Positions 1 to 9,484 of a stretch of 64,000 bases of DNA are shown in pieces. The translations under genes and the position numbers were made by a program. The DNA comes from an uncultured Candidatus Saccharibacteria bacterium (GTDB lineage Bacteria; Patescibacteriota; Minisyncoccia; UBA6257; UBA11618), in the NCBI GenBank assembly GCA_964362125.1, contig CAYICS010000002.1:9302-73301 (forward strand), written 5' to 3'. Each line of letters begins with the position of its first letter. Positions within the stretch are counted from its first letter, which is position 1. The notes under the pieces are model-generated. The model worked only from the letters and a program-made list of their open reading frames with translations, did no database searches and was not told the DNA's origin.

Positions 1-2319
1 TTTCCTTTACCTAAAGACGAAACAGCCAATTCCTATTTAGAGAAGTTAGTGGCAGAACGTTTACCGCAAAGATTTACTGAACCAACTTCAGAAGTTAAAG
101 AGCGTTTGAGGCATGAATTATCGGTGATCAAGCAGACTGGTTTTTCTGAGTACTTCCTGATTGTTCAGGATTTTATTAACTGGGCCAAAGAACGGAAGAT
201 TGTCAGTTCCTGCCGGGGTTCTGCCGGCGGCAGTCTGGTGTCTTATGTTTTGGGCGTCACCAACGTTGATCCTCTTAAGTATGGATTAATTTTCGAAAGA
301 TTTTTGAATCCGGATCGGAACGAAATGCCGGATATTGATGTTGATATTACTGATGTCCGCCGTGATGAAGTTCTGGGTTATTTAAAAGAAAAATACGGCG
401 ACGCCCATGTGGCCAATATCATTACTTTCGGTACCATGGCGGCCCGGGCGGCGGTGCGGGATGTGGGGCGGGTCTTGGGAATCACTTACGATTTTTGCGA
501 TCGGTTAGCTAAACTCATTCCTTTTAATCAGGATTTGACCAGCGCCCTCGAGACCATCCCGGAATTAAAAGAGATTTATAAAAGTAATAGCGATGCCCAG
601 CGGCTTTTAGACGCCGCCCGGCGTCTTGAAGGGGTAGCCCGGCACGCCTCTGTCCATGCCTGCGGTGTGGTGATTACCAAAGAACCGCTGATTGAATATT
701 TGCCTTTGCAGTATGCCCCCCAAGACCCCAACACCACTATTACTCAGTTTGAAATGTACAGCGTTGAGGATCTTGGCCTTTTGAAGATAGATATTTTAGG
801 TTTGAAAAACCTGACTATTATTGAAGAAACAGGAAGAATGGTTCAGGAAGGACGCGGCGAAACTATTGATGTGGATTTAGTTCCTCTTGACGATCAAAAA
901 ACTTTTTCCGCCCTTCAACAAGGCGAGACCACAGGCGTATTCCAATTTGAAGGACAGGGTATGAGGCGCTACATGAAGGCCCTTAAGCCAACAGAGCTGG
1001 AGGATTTGGTGGCTTTGGTTTCTCTTTTTCGGCCCGGACCGATGGAATTAATTCCCTCTTATATTCATCGTAAGCACGGCCGGGAATCAATTACCTATCT
1101 TCATCCGAAACTAGAACCAATTATGGCCAGCACTTATGGCGTGGGCATTTATCAGGAGCAGATGATGAGAATTGCGGTTGATCTGGCTGGCTACACTTTG
1201 CCGGAAGCTGATACTTTAAGAAAAGCTATTGGCAAGAAAATTAAAAGCTTACTTAATGAACAACAGGAGAAATTAATCAGCGGCATGATTAAAAACGGCA
1301 TTGATCCCCGGACAGCCAGAGCCATCTGGGAATTATTTCCGCCTTTTGCCCGTTATGGCTTTAATCGCTCGCATGGGGTGGCTTACGCTTTAATCGGTTA
1401 TAAGACGGCTTATCTTAAAACTTATTATCCGGTGGAGTTTATGACGGCTTTACTTAACAGTGATTCCGGCGATATTGATCGGGTGGCTTTTTTAGTGAGC
1501 GAGTGCCGCCGGATGGGGATAGCGGTTCTGCCGCCGGATGTTAATCACAGCGGTGTTAAATTCGTTCCTGATTATTCGGCTAACTCGGGCCGGGCGATTC
1601 GTTTTGGCCTGACCGCCGTGAAAAATGTCGGTGACAATATTGTGGAAGCGATTGTGGCTGAAAGACAGGCCGGCGGCGGATTTAAAGATTTGGCTGATTT
1701 ACTCAACCGGGTTCAGCATAAAGATCTTAATCGGAAATCTCTGGAGAGTTTAATTAAGTGCGGCGCCCTTGATTCTTTAAATATGGAGCGGGCGCAGGCC
1801 TTAGGTAATTTGGATGATATTTTAAGATTCAGTTCGGCCTTGCGGCGGGAGCAGAATAATAATCAGATGGGACTTTTTGTTCATAATGTTTCTAATCATT
1901 CCCTGCGGCTGACTTCGCCAACTGCCGGGCCAGCCAGCTCTGTTCAGAAATTAGCTTGGGAAAAAGAGTTGCTGGGGCTCTATCTTTCTGATCATCCGCT
2001 TAATGGTTATCGAGATAAGTTAGAAAAGATTAAGGCTAAGCCAATTGACAATGTTTTAGCGGCCAGAATTGAAAGTGAGCCGGTGATTGTGGCGGGCTTG
2101 GTGGCTAAAATTCAAAAGATTGTCACGCGCACCGGCAAACCAATGTTGTTTGTGAAACTGGAGGATTTGACTAATGGTTTGGAGGTGGTGGTTTTCCCGG
2201 AGACTTTGGAAAAAACCTCTAACGCCTGGCGGGAAGGCGCGATCGTGGGCGTGGCCGGCAGGATGTCGTTCCGCGATGGCGAGGGGAAGTTGATTTGTAA
2301 TAATGCGAGGGAACTGTAA
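1..2319 (+). CDS. dnaE: DNA polymerase III alpha subunit, C-terminal portion. The 5' end is truncated by the window edge.
   Basis: The frame is open from nt 1 with no upstream stop. The translation carries the DnaE palm/fingers motifs FSEYFLIVQDFINWAK, PDIDVDI and YQEQMMRIA, and a C-terminal OB-fold region. Confidence 0.9.
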   Translation, partial: FPLPKDETANSYLEKLVAERLPQRFTEPTSEVKERLRHELSVIKQTGFSEYFLIVQDFINWAKERKIVSSCRGSAGGSLVSYVLGVTNVDPLKYGLIFERFLNPDRNEMPDIDVDITDVRRDEVLGYLKEKYGDAHVANIITFGTMAARAAVRDVGRVLGITYDFCDRLAKLIPFNQDLTSALETIPELKEIYKSNSDAQRLLDAARRLEGVARHASVHACGVVITKEPLIEYLPLQYAPQDPNTTITQFEMYSVEDLGLLKIDILGLKNLTIIEETGRMVQEGRGETIDVDLVPLDDQKTFSALQQGETTGVFQFEGQGMRRYMKALKPTELEDLVALVSLFRPGPMELIPSYIHRKHGRESITYLHPKLEPIMASTYGVGIYQEQMMRIAVDLAGYTLPEADTLRKAIGKKIKSLLNEQQEKLISGMIKNGIDPRTARAIWELFPPFARYGFNRSHGVAYALIGYKTAYLKTYYPVEFMTALLNSDSGDIDRVAFLVSECRRMGIAVLPPDVNHSGVKFVPDYSANSGRAIRFGLTAVKNVGDNIVEAIVAERQAGGGFKDLADLLNRVQHKDLNRKSLESLIKCGALDSLNMERAQALGNLDDILRFSSALRREQNNNQMGLFVHNVSNHSLRLTSPTAGPASSVQKLAWEKELLGLYLSDHPLNGYRDKLEKIKAKPIDNVLAARIESEPVIVAGLVAKIQKIVTRTGKPMLFVKLEDLTNGLEVVVFPETLEKTSNAWREGAIVGVAGRMSFRDGEGKLICNNAREL

Positions 2320-2320
2320 A

Positions 2321-2403
2321 AATCCTAATACTCGAATGGCATCCGAATGACCCTAATGATCCTAATGTATTCGGGTCATTAGGGTGAATTAGGGTATTAG
2401 GAT
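2321..2403. repeat. Nested imperfect palindrome rich in CCTAAT/ATTAGG motifs between dnaE and thrS. It is likely a terminator or structured element.
   Basis: aatcctaatac at 2321-2331 pairs with gtattaggatt at 2393-2403. Inner ccctaatga pairs with tcattaggg, and ccgaat pairs with attcgg. Confidence 0.4.
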
Positions 2404-2432
2404 TATTTACAGAATTGCTTTATATTTAATTT

Positions 2433-3629
2433 ATGCCCCAGAATCGTGATCATCGGGAGTTAGGGCGACTGCTTGATCTTTTTTCTTTTGAGGAGATTGC
2501 GCCCGGGGCGCCGTTTTGGCTGCCCAGAGGGATGATTGTTTTCCGGGAGTTGGAGAGGGTGGCGCGAATGATTAATGACAGTCATGGCTATGATGAGATT
2601 TCCACTCCAATTTTGGTGAAAAGCGAAGTCTTTAAAAAATCCGGTCACTGGGAGCATTATCGCGATAATATGTTCTATTTCAAAAACCCCAATGACAAAA
2701 ATGAAGAGTTGGTGATTAAACCGATGAATTGTCCGGAGTCCACATATGTTTATAATGCCAAAATCCGCAGCTACCGTGACCTGCCCTTGCGGTTGGCAGA
2801 GATCGGCCGACTGCATCGCAATGAATTATCCGGCGTCTTGGGCGGCCTGCTGCGGGTGCGGCAGATTACCATGGACGACGCTCATATTTATTGCCGGCCG
2901 GATCAGGTAGAAGATGAAATTAAAGAAATTGTAAAAATTTTTGAAAAGTTTTATGGCCTTTTTGGAATGAAACCTATTTATGTTTCAGCTACCCGACCTA
3001 AAGATGCTATGGGCGATAAAGACGACTGGGATCAGGCAGAGAAAGCTTTAGAGAGAGCTCTGGATCAGAGCGGTGTTAAATACAAGGTGGCTAAAGGTGA
3101 AGGCGCCTTTTACGGTCCTAAAGTTGAAATTCATCTTCAGGATTCGCAAGGTCGGGTGTGGCAGATGGGCACAGCTCAATTGGATTTGGTAATGTTGCCC
3201 AAACAATTCACTGTGTCTTACATTGATGAAAAAGGCAAAAAGCAGAGGCCGTGGGTAATTCATCGGGCAATTTTTGGTTCGTTTGAAAGATTTATCGGAA
3301 TGCTTTTAGAGCATACTGACGGTAATCTGCCGGTATGGCTCTCCCCGGTTCAGGCGATTGTTTTGAATATCACTGACGCCCAAGCTGGTTATGCCAAAAA
3401 AATTCATAAAGAATTGGCCAACGTCGGCATTCGCAGCCAGCTCGATCTTGACAACGCCACCATCAGTAAAAAAATCCGCGAGGCCGAAGTTAAAAAAATT
3501 CCTTATATTTTAGTGGTTGGCGCGAAAGAAGAAAATAATAAAACAGTGGCATTGCGTAATAAATCAATGTCTCTTGAGGATTTGCTCAAAAAGATTGCGC
3601 AGGACCTGCGGATTGGCTTTACCTTTTAG
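2433..3629 (+). CDS. thrS: Threonyl-tRNA synthetase, short form with class II catalytic core and anticodon-binding domain only. It has no TGS or editing N-terminal domains.
   Basis: The 398 aa product begins directly at the ThrRS catalytic-domain signature RDHRELGRLLDLFSF. Class II motifs are present: FRELE, RLAEIGRLHRNE and GAFYGPK. The C-terminal anticodon-binding part reads LNITDAQAGYAKKIHKEL. Confidence 0.85.
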   Translation: MPQNRDHRELGRLLDLFSFEEIAPGAPFWLPRGMIVFRELERVARMINDSHGYDEISTPILVKSEVFKKSGHWEHYRDNMFYFKNPNDKNEELVIKPMNCPESTYVYNAKIRSYRDLPLRLAEIGRLHRNELSGVLGGLLRVRQITMDDAHIYCRPDQVEDEIKEIVKIFEKFYGLFGMKPIYVSATRPKDAMGDKDDWDQAEKALERALDQSGVKYKVAKGEGAFYGPKVEIHLQDSQGRVWQMGTAQLDLVMLPKQFTVSYIDEKGKKQRPWVIHRAIFGSFERFIGMLLEHTDGNLPVWLSPVQAIVLNITDAQAGYAKKIHKELANVGIRSQLDLDNATISKKIREAEVKKIPYILVVGAKEENNKTVALRNKSMSLEDLLKKIAQDLRIGFTF

Positions 3630-5024
3630 TTCGCTCATTGCCTTGCCGATCAATGCCTGAATGGCTTGGGCTTTGCCTTTTTTATAATCAGCCGCGGGCT
3701 GGGGGTTTTCTTTAATAATTTTCTCGACAATCTTTTTTAATTCATTTTCATCAGAAATCTGGACCAGTCCTTCGCTTTTCATAATTTCATGGGGGTCGCC
3801 GCCGGTTTGGGACATTTTTAACAGGATGTTCTTGGCGGCGCGGCTGGTGAGTTGACCATCAGAAATTAGTTGTATGAGATGGGCAAATTTTTCTGGTGTA
3901 ATTTTAAGATTGTCCCAAGTGGTTTCTTCTTTGGTCATCAGGCCCCACAAGTCGCTCGTAAAATAGTTATAGAGCGATTTAATACCCAATTTCCAATTTC
4001 CCCGCCTGCCAGTGCCTGAGGCCCAGGCCGATGGCGGGCAGGCAATTTCCAATGACCGTAACTCCGAAGTGGATTTTTCGAAGAAATTGGCGGCGGATCG
4101 GTCTTGGACGAGAATATTCACCTGCTCCGGCGTTAGATTAAATTCTTTGATAAAGCGCCGGCGTTTTTGTTCCGGCAGTTCCGGAATCTCTGTTTTTAAA
4201 CTATTGGGGTCCAACCCCAATAGATTCATTGGGGGAAGGTCTGGTTCGGGAAAATAGCGGTAATCCTGCTCCCCCTCTTTGATTCTTTGGGAAACGGTCG
4301 CTTGTTTATTGTCATCCCAACCGCGGGTTTCCTGAATGACTTTTTTGCCGCTTGCAATTAATTTTTGCTGACGCTGATATTCGTATTCAATCGCCGCCTC
4401 CAGCGCCTTGAAAGAATTGATATTTTTTAATTCCACTTTAGTACCCATATTCAATGAGACATTAGCTTCCAGTCTCATCTGTCCTTTTTCCATATCAGCG
4501 TCAGAAATATCCAGATAGCGCAAAATTAACCGCAACTCCCGGCCGAAGTCAGCCGCCTGTTTGGCGCTGGTAATGTCCGGTTCTGTCACTAATTCCAAAA
4601 GCGGCACGCCCGAGCGGTTGTAATCCACGAGACTATGACCAACGTGAATTAATGTGCCGGTGTCTTCTTCCAGATGAATCCGGCGAAGACGGATGCCCAA
4701 CAGCTCCCCGCCAGTAATCAGCGGTTCATCGTATTCAGAAATTTGATAGCCCTTGGGCAGGTCGGGGTAAAAGTAATTTTTACGGTCGAACTTGGCTTGT
4801 TTAGTAATCTTTCCAGCCAGAGCCAAGCCCAGCTTAATTACCATCTCCACTGCCTTTTTGTTGATTGTGGGCAGGGTGCCGGGATGGCCGACACAAATTG
4901 GACAAACATTAACATTGGGATGGTGTTCCGCCGGGTCATTTAAGCAATCACAAAACATCTTGGTTCTGGTTTTTAACTCGGCATGAATTTCCAAACCAAC
5001 CGTTAGTTTCGGTTCAGAAGACAT
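3564..5024 (-). CDS. gatB: Asp-tRNA(Asn)/Glu-tRNA(Gln) amidotransferase subunit B
   Basis: N-terminus reads MSSEPKLTVGLEIHAELKTRTKMFCDC. The GatB/YqeY C-terminal domain is present, and the gene is 486 aa. Confidence 0.9.
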   Translation of the reverse strand: MSSEPKLTVGLEIHAELKTRTKMFCDCLNDPAEHHPNVNVCPICVGHPGTLPTINKKAVEMVIKLGLALAGKITKQAKFDRKNYFYPDLPKGYQISEYDEPLITGGELLGIRLRRIHLEEDTGTLIHVGHSLVDYNRSGVPLLELVTEPDITSAKQAADFGRELRLILRYLDISDADMEKGQMRLEANVSLNMGTKVELKNINSFKALEAAIEYEYQRQQKLIASGKKVIQETRGWDDNKQATVSQRIKEGEQDYRYFPEPDLPPMNLLGLDPNSLKTEIPELPEQKRRRFIKEFNLTPEQVNILVQDRSAANFFEKSTSELRSLEIACPPSAWASGTGRRGNWKLGIKSLYNYFTSDLWGLMTKEETTWDNLKITPEKFAHLIQLISDGQLTSRAAKNILLKMSQTGGDPHEIMKSEGLVQISDENELKKIVEKIIKENPQPAADYKKGKAQAIQALIGKAMSELKGKANPQVLRNLFEQILKRH

Positions 5025-5040
5025 CTATTAAATTAAAGCA

Positions 5041-6030
5041 CTAGCAGCCAGCGGCTTTCAATGCCTTTCTTGTCGCGGGGCCGACATAGCCGTAGTTGGG
5101 ATCATCAGCGCCGCTGACTATGCCTTTATCGGTTTGGAATTTGCCAGCCGCCGCTTTGGTCTTAGCGCCAAAGTATGTGGATTCGTTACCGGGAGAACCG
5201 GAGCCGCTTTCAGCAACGGGATAGCCGATACTATTGAGACAAATCTGCAGCTTCTTCACACCGTCGTTATCATTCCCTTCTTCCAAGGCGTAGTTAACTA
5301 AACCGACAGCGGCAACTGGGGTGGGCGTCGTTGTTCCGGAAATTTTGGATAATTGCTGTTGGACCGCCGGCGATGCCAATTGCGGGGCTTTTTTCAACAA
5401 GTCTAAAACTTGAGCCAAGAGATTAGCAATTTGCTGTCTTATGGCGGCTATTAAAGCGCTTCGGTCAATAGTTGGAGCTGTTGGTTGTTGAAGGGCTATA
5501 GAGGCCGTGTCGCCAACTCTAATTGATGCTATTGGGGATGTTGCCGTGCCAAAGGCATTATAGGCCTCGACAGTATAATAATGTATAGAACCATTATTCA
5601 GTTTTTTATGAGTAAAATCAGTTCTGGGATAGAATATGGGTCCAGCCAGTCTTACAAAATTATTATTATCTAAACTGTGATTAACATAAAAGCCAGAGGC
5701 ATTTATAGCAAGGGTCCAAGTGACAATGATTGAATTTAAGGTGCTGGTTAGAGAAACCACTGGTATCCCCAATTGATTGGTGCCGCCTTGATTAATTACG
5801 GCGCCCTGGCTTCCTCCGTAGGCTTGGCCTGGACCCCCGCCGCCTCCGCCACCACCGCCGCCGCCTGAACCGCCTGATTGACCAAAGGCGATCTGGTAAG
5901 ACAAAGGCAGGGTTGGGCTATTGAGGAAAATTGAGACTAAAACAAAAACAATAAAAAAGCCAATGCCGACAGCTGATTTAATCGCTTGTCCCCCCTGTTG
6001 GCTCTGTAGTAATTCTATAAAGCGCCTCAT
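5041..6030 (-). CDS. Membrane-anchored secreted protein with a Gly run, a fibronectin-III-like domain and a C-terminal peptidoglycan-binding-like domain
   Basis: There is an N-terminal TM helix and a G13 run. The middle region (YYTVEAYNAFGTATSP) looks FN3-like. The C-terminus carries a GYVGPATRKALK PG_binding_1-like motif. Confidence 0.55.
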   Translation of the reverse strand: MRRFIELLQSQQGGQAIKSAVGIGFFIVFVLVSIFLNSPTLPLSYQIAFGQSGGSGGGGGGGGGGGPGQAYGGSQGAVINQGGTNQLGIPVVSLTSTLNSIIVTWTLAINASGFYVNHSLDNNNFVRLAGPIFYPRTDFTHKKLNNGSIHYYTVEAYNAFGTATSPIASIRVGDTASIALQQPTAPTIDRSALIAAIRQQIANLLAQVLDLLKKAPQLASPAVQQQLSKISGTTTPTPVAAVGLVNYALEEGNDNDGVKKLQICLNSIGYPVAESGSGSPGNESTYFGAKTKAAAGKFQTDKGIVSGADDPNYGYVGPATRKALKAAGC

Positions 6031-7360
6031 TTTTTTCTGATACTTTAATTATCTTATTATTTTGACTCAGTAACAATTCTAACCTGTGGATAACTTTTTC
6101 TTTATCTTTTGTCCGGCGGCCAAGGTAGATATAGGCCGGTATTTTAGCAGATAAACCATTTAATTCGCCGCTGGTAATGACTTTATGGCTGCTGAAACCG
6201 TAAAGAACTGAATAATAAAGGTTATCGCCGGCAACAATCATTGCCTCCGGGTCCAATTTTGCCAGAGATTTAATTTCTGTTAATTCCTGAGAATTTATTA
6301 GGGGTTCTGTTAGCCAGCTTTGGTAGAAGGCGTTGGCTGTGACAATGACTATGACAATGACAACGGCCAGTTTGCCAAGACGGCTCTGCCATAACCAAAG
6401 AACAAAATCTTTTAGTATTGGGCCAGCCAGTATTATAGCGGCCAAATCAAAGAGAATAATAAAGCGGTTGTGGAAAAGAAAATTAGTGAAGATTAGAATT
6501 AGACAAATTAAGAAATAAAGAACCAGTGGCGTGATTTTTTTACTTTGAATCATTCTAGTGACAGCAATGGCGGCAAAAGGGATGTAGAGTAAGCCCAGTA
6601 GGCCGGCGTAGAAATCAAAGTCAACGAATTGACCCGAGAAAAGAAAAGCGGTTTCTGGCGCGCCTCGCAGATATTGCTCTGAATAATAAAGAGCGCTTAA
6701 AAGTTCTTGGCCGCGGGCCAATAAAACCAAAATTAATGCCAGCAGAGCTTTTAAAGGCAGGAAGAAAACAGTGGTGATAAAAAGGGGTAGAAAAGCAGGG
6801 GGATGGACAATGCCGGTTAAAGCAATTGCCCCTGCCGCCAGCCAGGGCTTATCTTTCAAAAAGTAAAAAGCAATCAGGGTGAAGATTGCTCCTAACATCA
6901 TTTTCGGGAGAAAGGCCCAGTAGAAAAGAAATTGAGATAAAGATAGTGAGAAAATTAATAAACTAAAAAAGGCGGCTTCCCGGCCGTAATTCTTTTTCAC
7001 TAAAAAATAGACGGCTGCCGCCAGCAGGAAATTGCTGACAAGATACAGGGAGTAAATAATCAGCGGGGGCAGAAAGTAGTCCTTGAGATAAATGGCGGCG
7101 TCAGCTCCTAGAGGAAAATCTCCCCAATGAAAAAAAGGCAGAAGACGAGAAGTAATTAAGATAGCTAATGGTAAAAGCAGCCACCAACGATTAAATCTTA
7201 AATCATAAATCCTAAATCCTAAATCAGCAGTCAGTATCCAATAAAGAAATAAACTAAATCCCCAAAATACAATTTTCACCGGCCAGCTGGCAGAGAATGG
7301 GGTTGCCAGGACAATTAACAGCAGATAAGCTAAAAACACCAGTTCTTTCTTCATGAACAA
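5978..7360 (-). CDS. Polytopic membrane protein, putatively a glycan polymerase or GT-C-like protein
   Basis: 460 aa with more than 10 predicted TM helices and a C-terminal soluble tail of about 110 aa. It is divergent from a GT2 gene. Confidence 0.55.
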   Translation of the reverse strand: MFMKKELVFLAYLLLIVLATPFSASWPVKIVFWGFSLFLYWILTADLGFRIYDLRFNRWWLLLPLAILITSRLLPFFHWGDFPLGADAAIYLKDYFLPPLIIYSLYLVSNFLLAAAVYFLVKKNYGREAAFFSLLIFSLSLSQFLFYWAFLPKMMLGAIFTLIAFYFLKDKPWLAAGAIALTGIVHPPAFLPLFITTVFFLPLKALLALILVLLARGQELLSALYYSEQYLRGAPETAFLFSGQFVDFDFYAGLLGLLYIPFAAIAVTRMIQSKKITPLVLYFLICLILIFTNFLFHNRFIILFDLAAIILAGPILKDFVLWLWQSRLGKLAVVIVIVIVTANAFYQSWLTEPLINSQELTEIKSLAKLDPEAMIVAGDNLYYSVLYGFSSHKVITSGELNGLSAKIPAYIYLGRRTKDKEKVIHRLELLLSQNNKIIKVSEKNEALYRITTEPTGGTSD

Positions 7361-8015
7361 AACTATTTTAGTGATACCAGCTTATAATGAGGCGGAGCGG
7401 ATCGCAACCGTTATCAGCCAAGCCCTGGCCTTAGTGGATCAGGTGATAGTTATTGATGATGGATCAATTGATGAAACTTTTGTTAAAGCTCAAGCGGCCG
7501 GAGCCTTAACTTTGCGGCATCGGATTAACTTGGGTAAAGGAGCGGCTCTAAAGACCGGCTGTGAGGCGGCGCGGCGGCTGGGAGCAGAGATTATTGTCAC
7601 TATTGATGCTGATGGTCAGCACCCGCCGGAATTCATTCCTCAAGTGGTGGAGTTTTTAAAAAACAATAATTTAGATTTTGTTTTTACCATCAGACGGGGC
7701 GGTGACCAGATGTCTTTAATAAGAAGATTGGGCAGATATGTTTTAAATTTTCAGGCTAGAAAACTTTTTAATTTAAATTTGCAGGATATGTGGTGCGGCT
7801 TTCGGGTTTTCCGGATGGAATGTTTGCCGAAAATTGATTGGAATAAAAGCGACTATTCAGGAGAAATTCAGATGGCGTTGAAGGTTGGGAAAAATGGTTT
7901 GCGTTATGGCGAATATGTTATTCCAACAATCTACAACGATAATTTTAAGGGCGTTCATATCCTTCATGGTTTAAAACTATTGGCGCAGATGTTTGTTTGG
8001 CGTATAATACTCTAA
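7353..8015 (+). CDS. Family 2 glycosyltransferase, Dpm1-like polyprenyl-phosphate sugar synthase type
   Basis: Carries VIPAYNEAERI, VIVIDDGSIDET and TIDADGQHPPE (DxD) motifs. Confidence 0.8.
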   Translation: MNKTILVIPAYNEAERIATVISQALALVDQVIVIDDGSIDETFVKAQAAGALTLRHRINLGKGAALKTGCEAARRLGAEIIVTIDADGQHPPEFIPQVVEFLKNNNLDFVFTIRRGGDQMSLIRRLGRYVLNFQARKLFNLNLQDMWCGFRVFRMECLPKIDWNKSDYSGEIQMALKVGKNGLRYGEYVIPTIYNDNFKGVHILHGLKLLAQMFVWRIIL

Positions 8016-8020
8016 CGTAA

Positions 8021-8350
8021 ATGGCAGTCCAGTTATTAGGTTTAGTAGTAGGTTTAGCGGCAATTCATTTGACCTATCTTTATTACAGGCGAGCTCAATT
8101 CACCAAGCGGGAGTTGGTTTTTTGGCTGATCTTATGGTTAGCTTTTGTTTTTATCGCTCTTTTTCCCAAAAGCGTCAGCCCGGTGATTGGTTATTTAGGT
8201 TTAAATAGAACTATGGATCTGATTATGATCGTGGCTTTTGTTATTTTGTTTGGATTGACTTTTCATAATTATATCATCAATCGCCAGCAGCAGCGAAAAC
8301 TGGAAAGATTAATCCGGGATTTGGCGCTGCAGCAATTGGATAAAAAGTAG
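8021..8350 (+). CDS. Small DUF2304-like membrane protein that commonly partners GT2 genes
   Basis: 109 aa with 3 TM helices and a basic C-terminal tail. It lies immediately downstream of the GT2 gene. Confidence 0.5.
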   Translation: MAVQLLGLVVGLAAIHLTYLYYRRAQFTKRELVFWLILWLAFVFIALFPKSVSPVIGYLGLNRTMDLIMIVAFVILFGLTFHNYIINRQQQRKLERLIRDLALQQLDKK

Positions 8351-8353
8351 CTT

Positions 8354-9484
8354 ATGCGGATTTTAGTTTTTGCTGCTTTCTACTTCCCCTATAAAGGTGG
8401 TTATGTTTTTAGTCTGCATGAAGTATTGAAAGGATTAGTATTAAAGGGTAATGAAGTAACAGTAATTACTTGTAATACCCATCGGGTAGCGGCGGAAGAA
8501 GAAATTAACGGAGTCAAAATTTTCAGAATTCCCTGTTGGAACCCCCGCTGGCTAAACGGCAGTTATCCCCTTCCCAATTTATTTTCCGTTGTTAAATCTT
8601 TTAAAAAAATCGGCAGAGTTGATGTTATTTCTACTCAAACCAGATTTTTCCCCACAACTTGGCTGGGTTTTTTATTGGCGAAAATCAATGGTATTCCCGT
8701 AGTCCATACTGAGCGCGGCAGTCAGCATCCGGCTTCCGGCAATTGGCTGATTGGGATTATCGGAAAAGCCATTGATCACAGTTTTGGTTGGATTGTTTGC
8801 CGATTTTCTGACGCCGTAGTCGGAGTTTCTCAATCTGCCCGCGTCTTTGCCGGGCATCTGGGCGCTAAAAATCCAATGGTTATTTATAACAGTGTTGATG
8901 TTGATTTTTGGGATATAAAATACCAGCATCACTCTGAGGAAGAAATTACTTTTCTGGGGAGATTAGTTGAGGCCAAGGGCGCCCAAGATTTGATAAAAGC
9001 TTTTCATACTTTGAATTTCCCCAATTTTCGATTAAATATAATCGGCGACGGTCCCCATCGGGAAAATCTGGAGCAGTTGGTAAGAGATTTAAATCTCAGG
9101 GGGCGGGTTATTTTTTGGGGGGAATTATCGCTTAATGAAATTCGTCTGATTTTTGCCAGAACCACTGTCTTTGTTAATCCATCTTACTCCGAAGGTTTGC
9201 CGCGATCGGTATTGGAAGCGGCGGCCGCCGGCCTGCCGATAGTAGCCACTGATATCGGCGGCACCAGAGAGATTATTTGCACTCAAGACCACGGTGTTTT
9301 AGTATATGTCAATGATATTGATGGCCTGGTCGGGGGTATAAATCTGTTACTGATTAATATTGATTTAAGAAAAAGAGTTGGTCAAAAAGTCCGGGAGTAT
9401 GTCAAAGAAAGATTTAATAGTGATTTGGCTGTAAATAATTATCATCAACTTTATGTGCGGCATAGCCGGGAAAATATATCTTAA
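8354..9484 (+). CDS. Family 4 glycosyltransferase (GT-B)
   Basis: C-terminal EGLPRSVLEAAAAGLPIVATDIGGTREII signature. Confidence 0.8.
   Translation: MRILVFAAFYFPYKGGYVFSLHEVLKGLVLKGNEVTVITCNTHRVAAEEEINGVKIFRIPCWNPRWLNGSYPLPNLFSVVKSFKKIGRVDVISTQTRFFPTTWLGFLLAKINGIPVVHTERGSQHPASGNWLIGIIGKAIDHSFGWIVCRFSDAVVGVSQSARVFAGHLGAKNPMVIYNSVDVDFWDIKYQHHSEEEITFLGRLVEAKGAQDLIKAFHTLNFPNFRLNIIGDGPHRENLEQLVRDLNLRGRVIFWGELSLNEIRLIFARTTVFVNPSYSEGLPRSVLEAAAAGLPIVATDIGGTREIICTQDHGVLVYVNDIDGLVGGINLLLINIDLRKRVGQKVREYVKERFNSDLAVNNYHQLYVRHSRENIS

Noticed and set aside
2460-2816. 118-aa ORF antisense to thrS, and similar short antisense or alternative-frame ORFs inside dnaE, thrS, gatB, rfbGH, the radical SAM gene and others (for example 3048-3263, 4012-4257, 25037-25329, 46858-47309)
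   Set aside because: Each lies entirely within a much longer ORF that has strong recognisable family signatures. None has motifs or an RBS of its own, so they are typical spurious antisense ORFs.
5825-5870. GGC/GGT-rich tract, also the CCTAAA arrays at 7201-7225 and 10655-10690, considered as a possible CRISPR or minisatellite
   Set aside because: They are too short, have no spacer and repeat architecture, and sit in-frame inside coding sequences. No cas genes are present.
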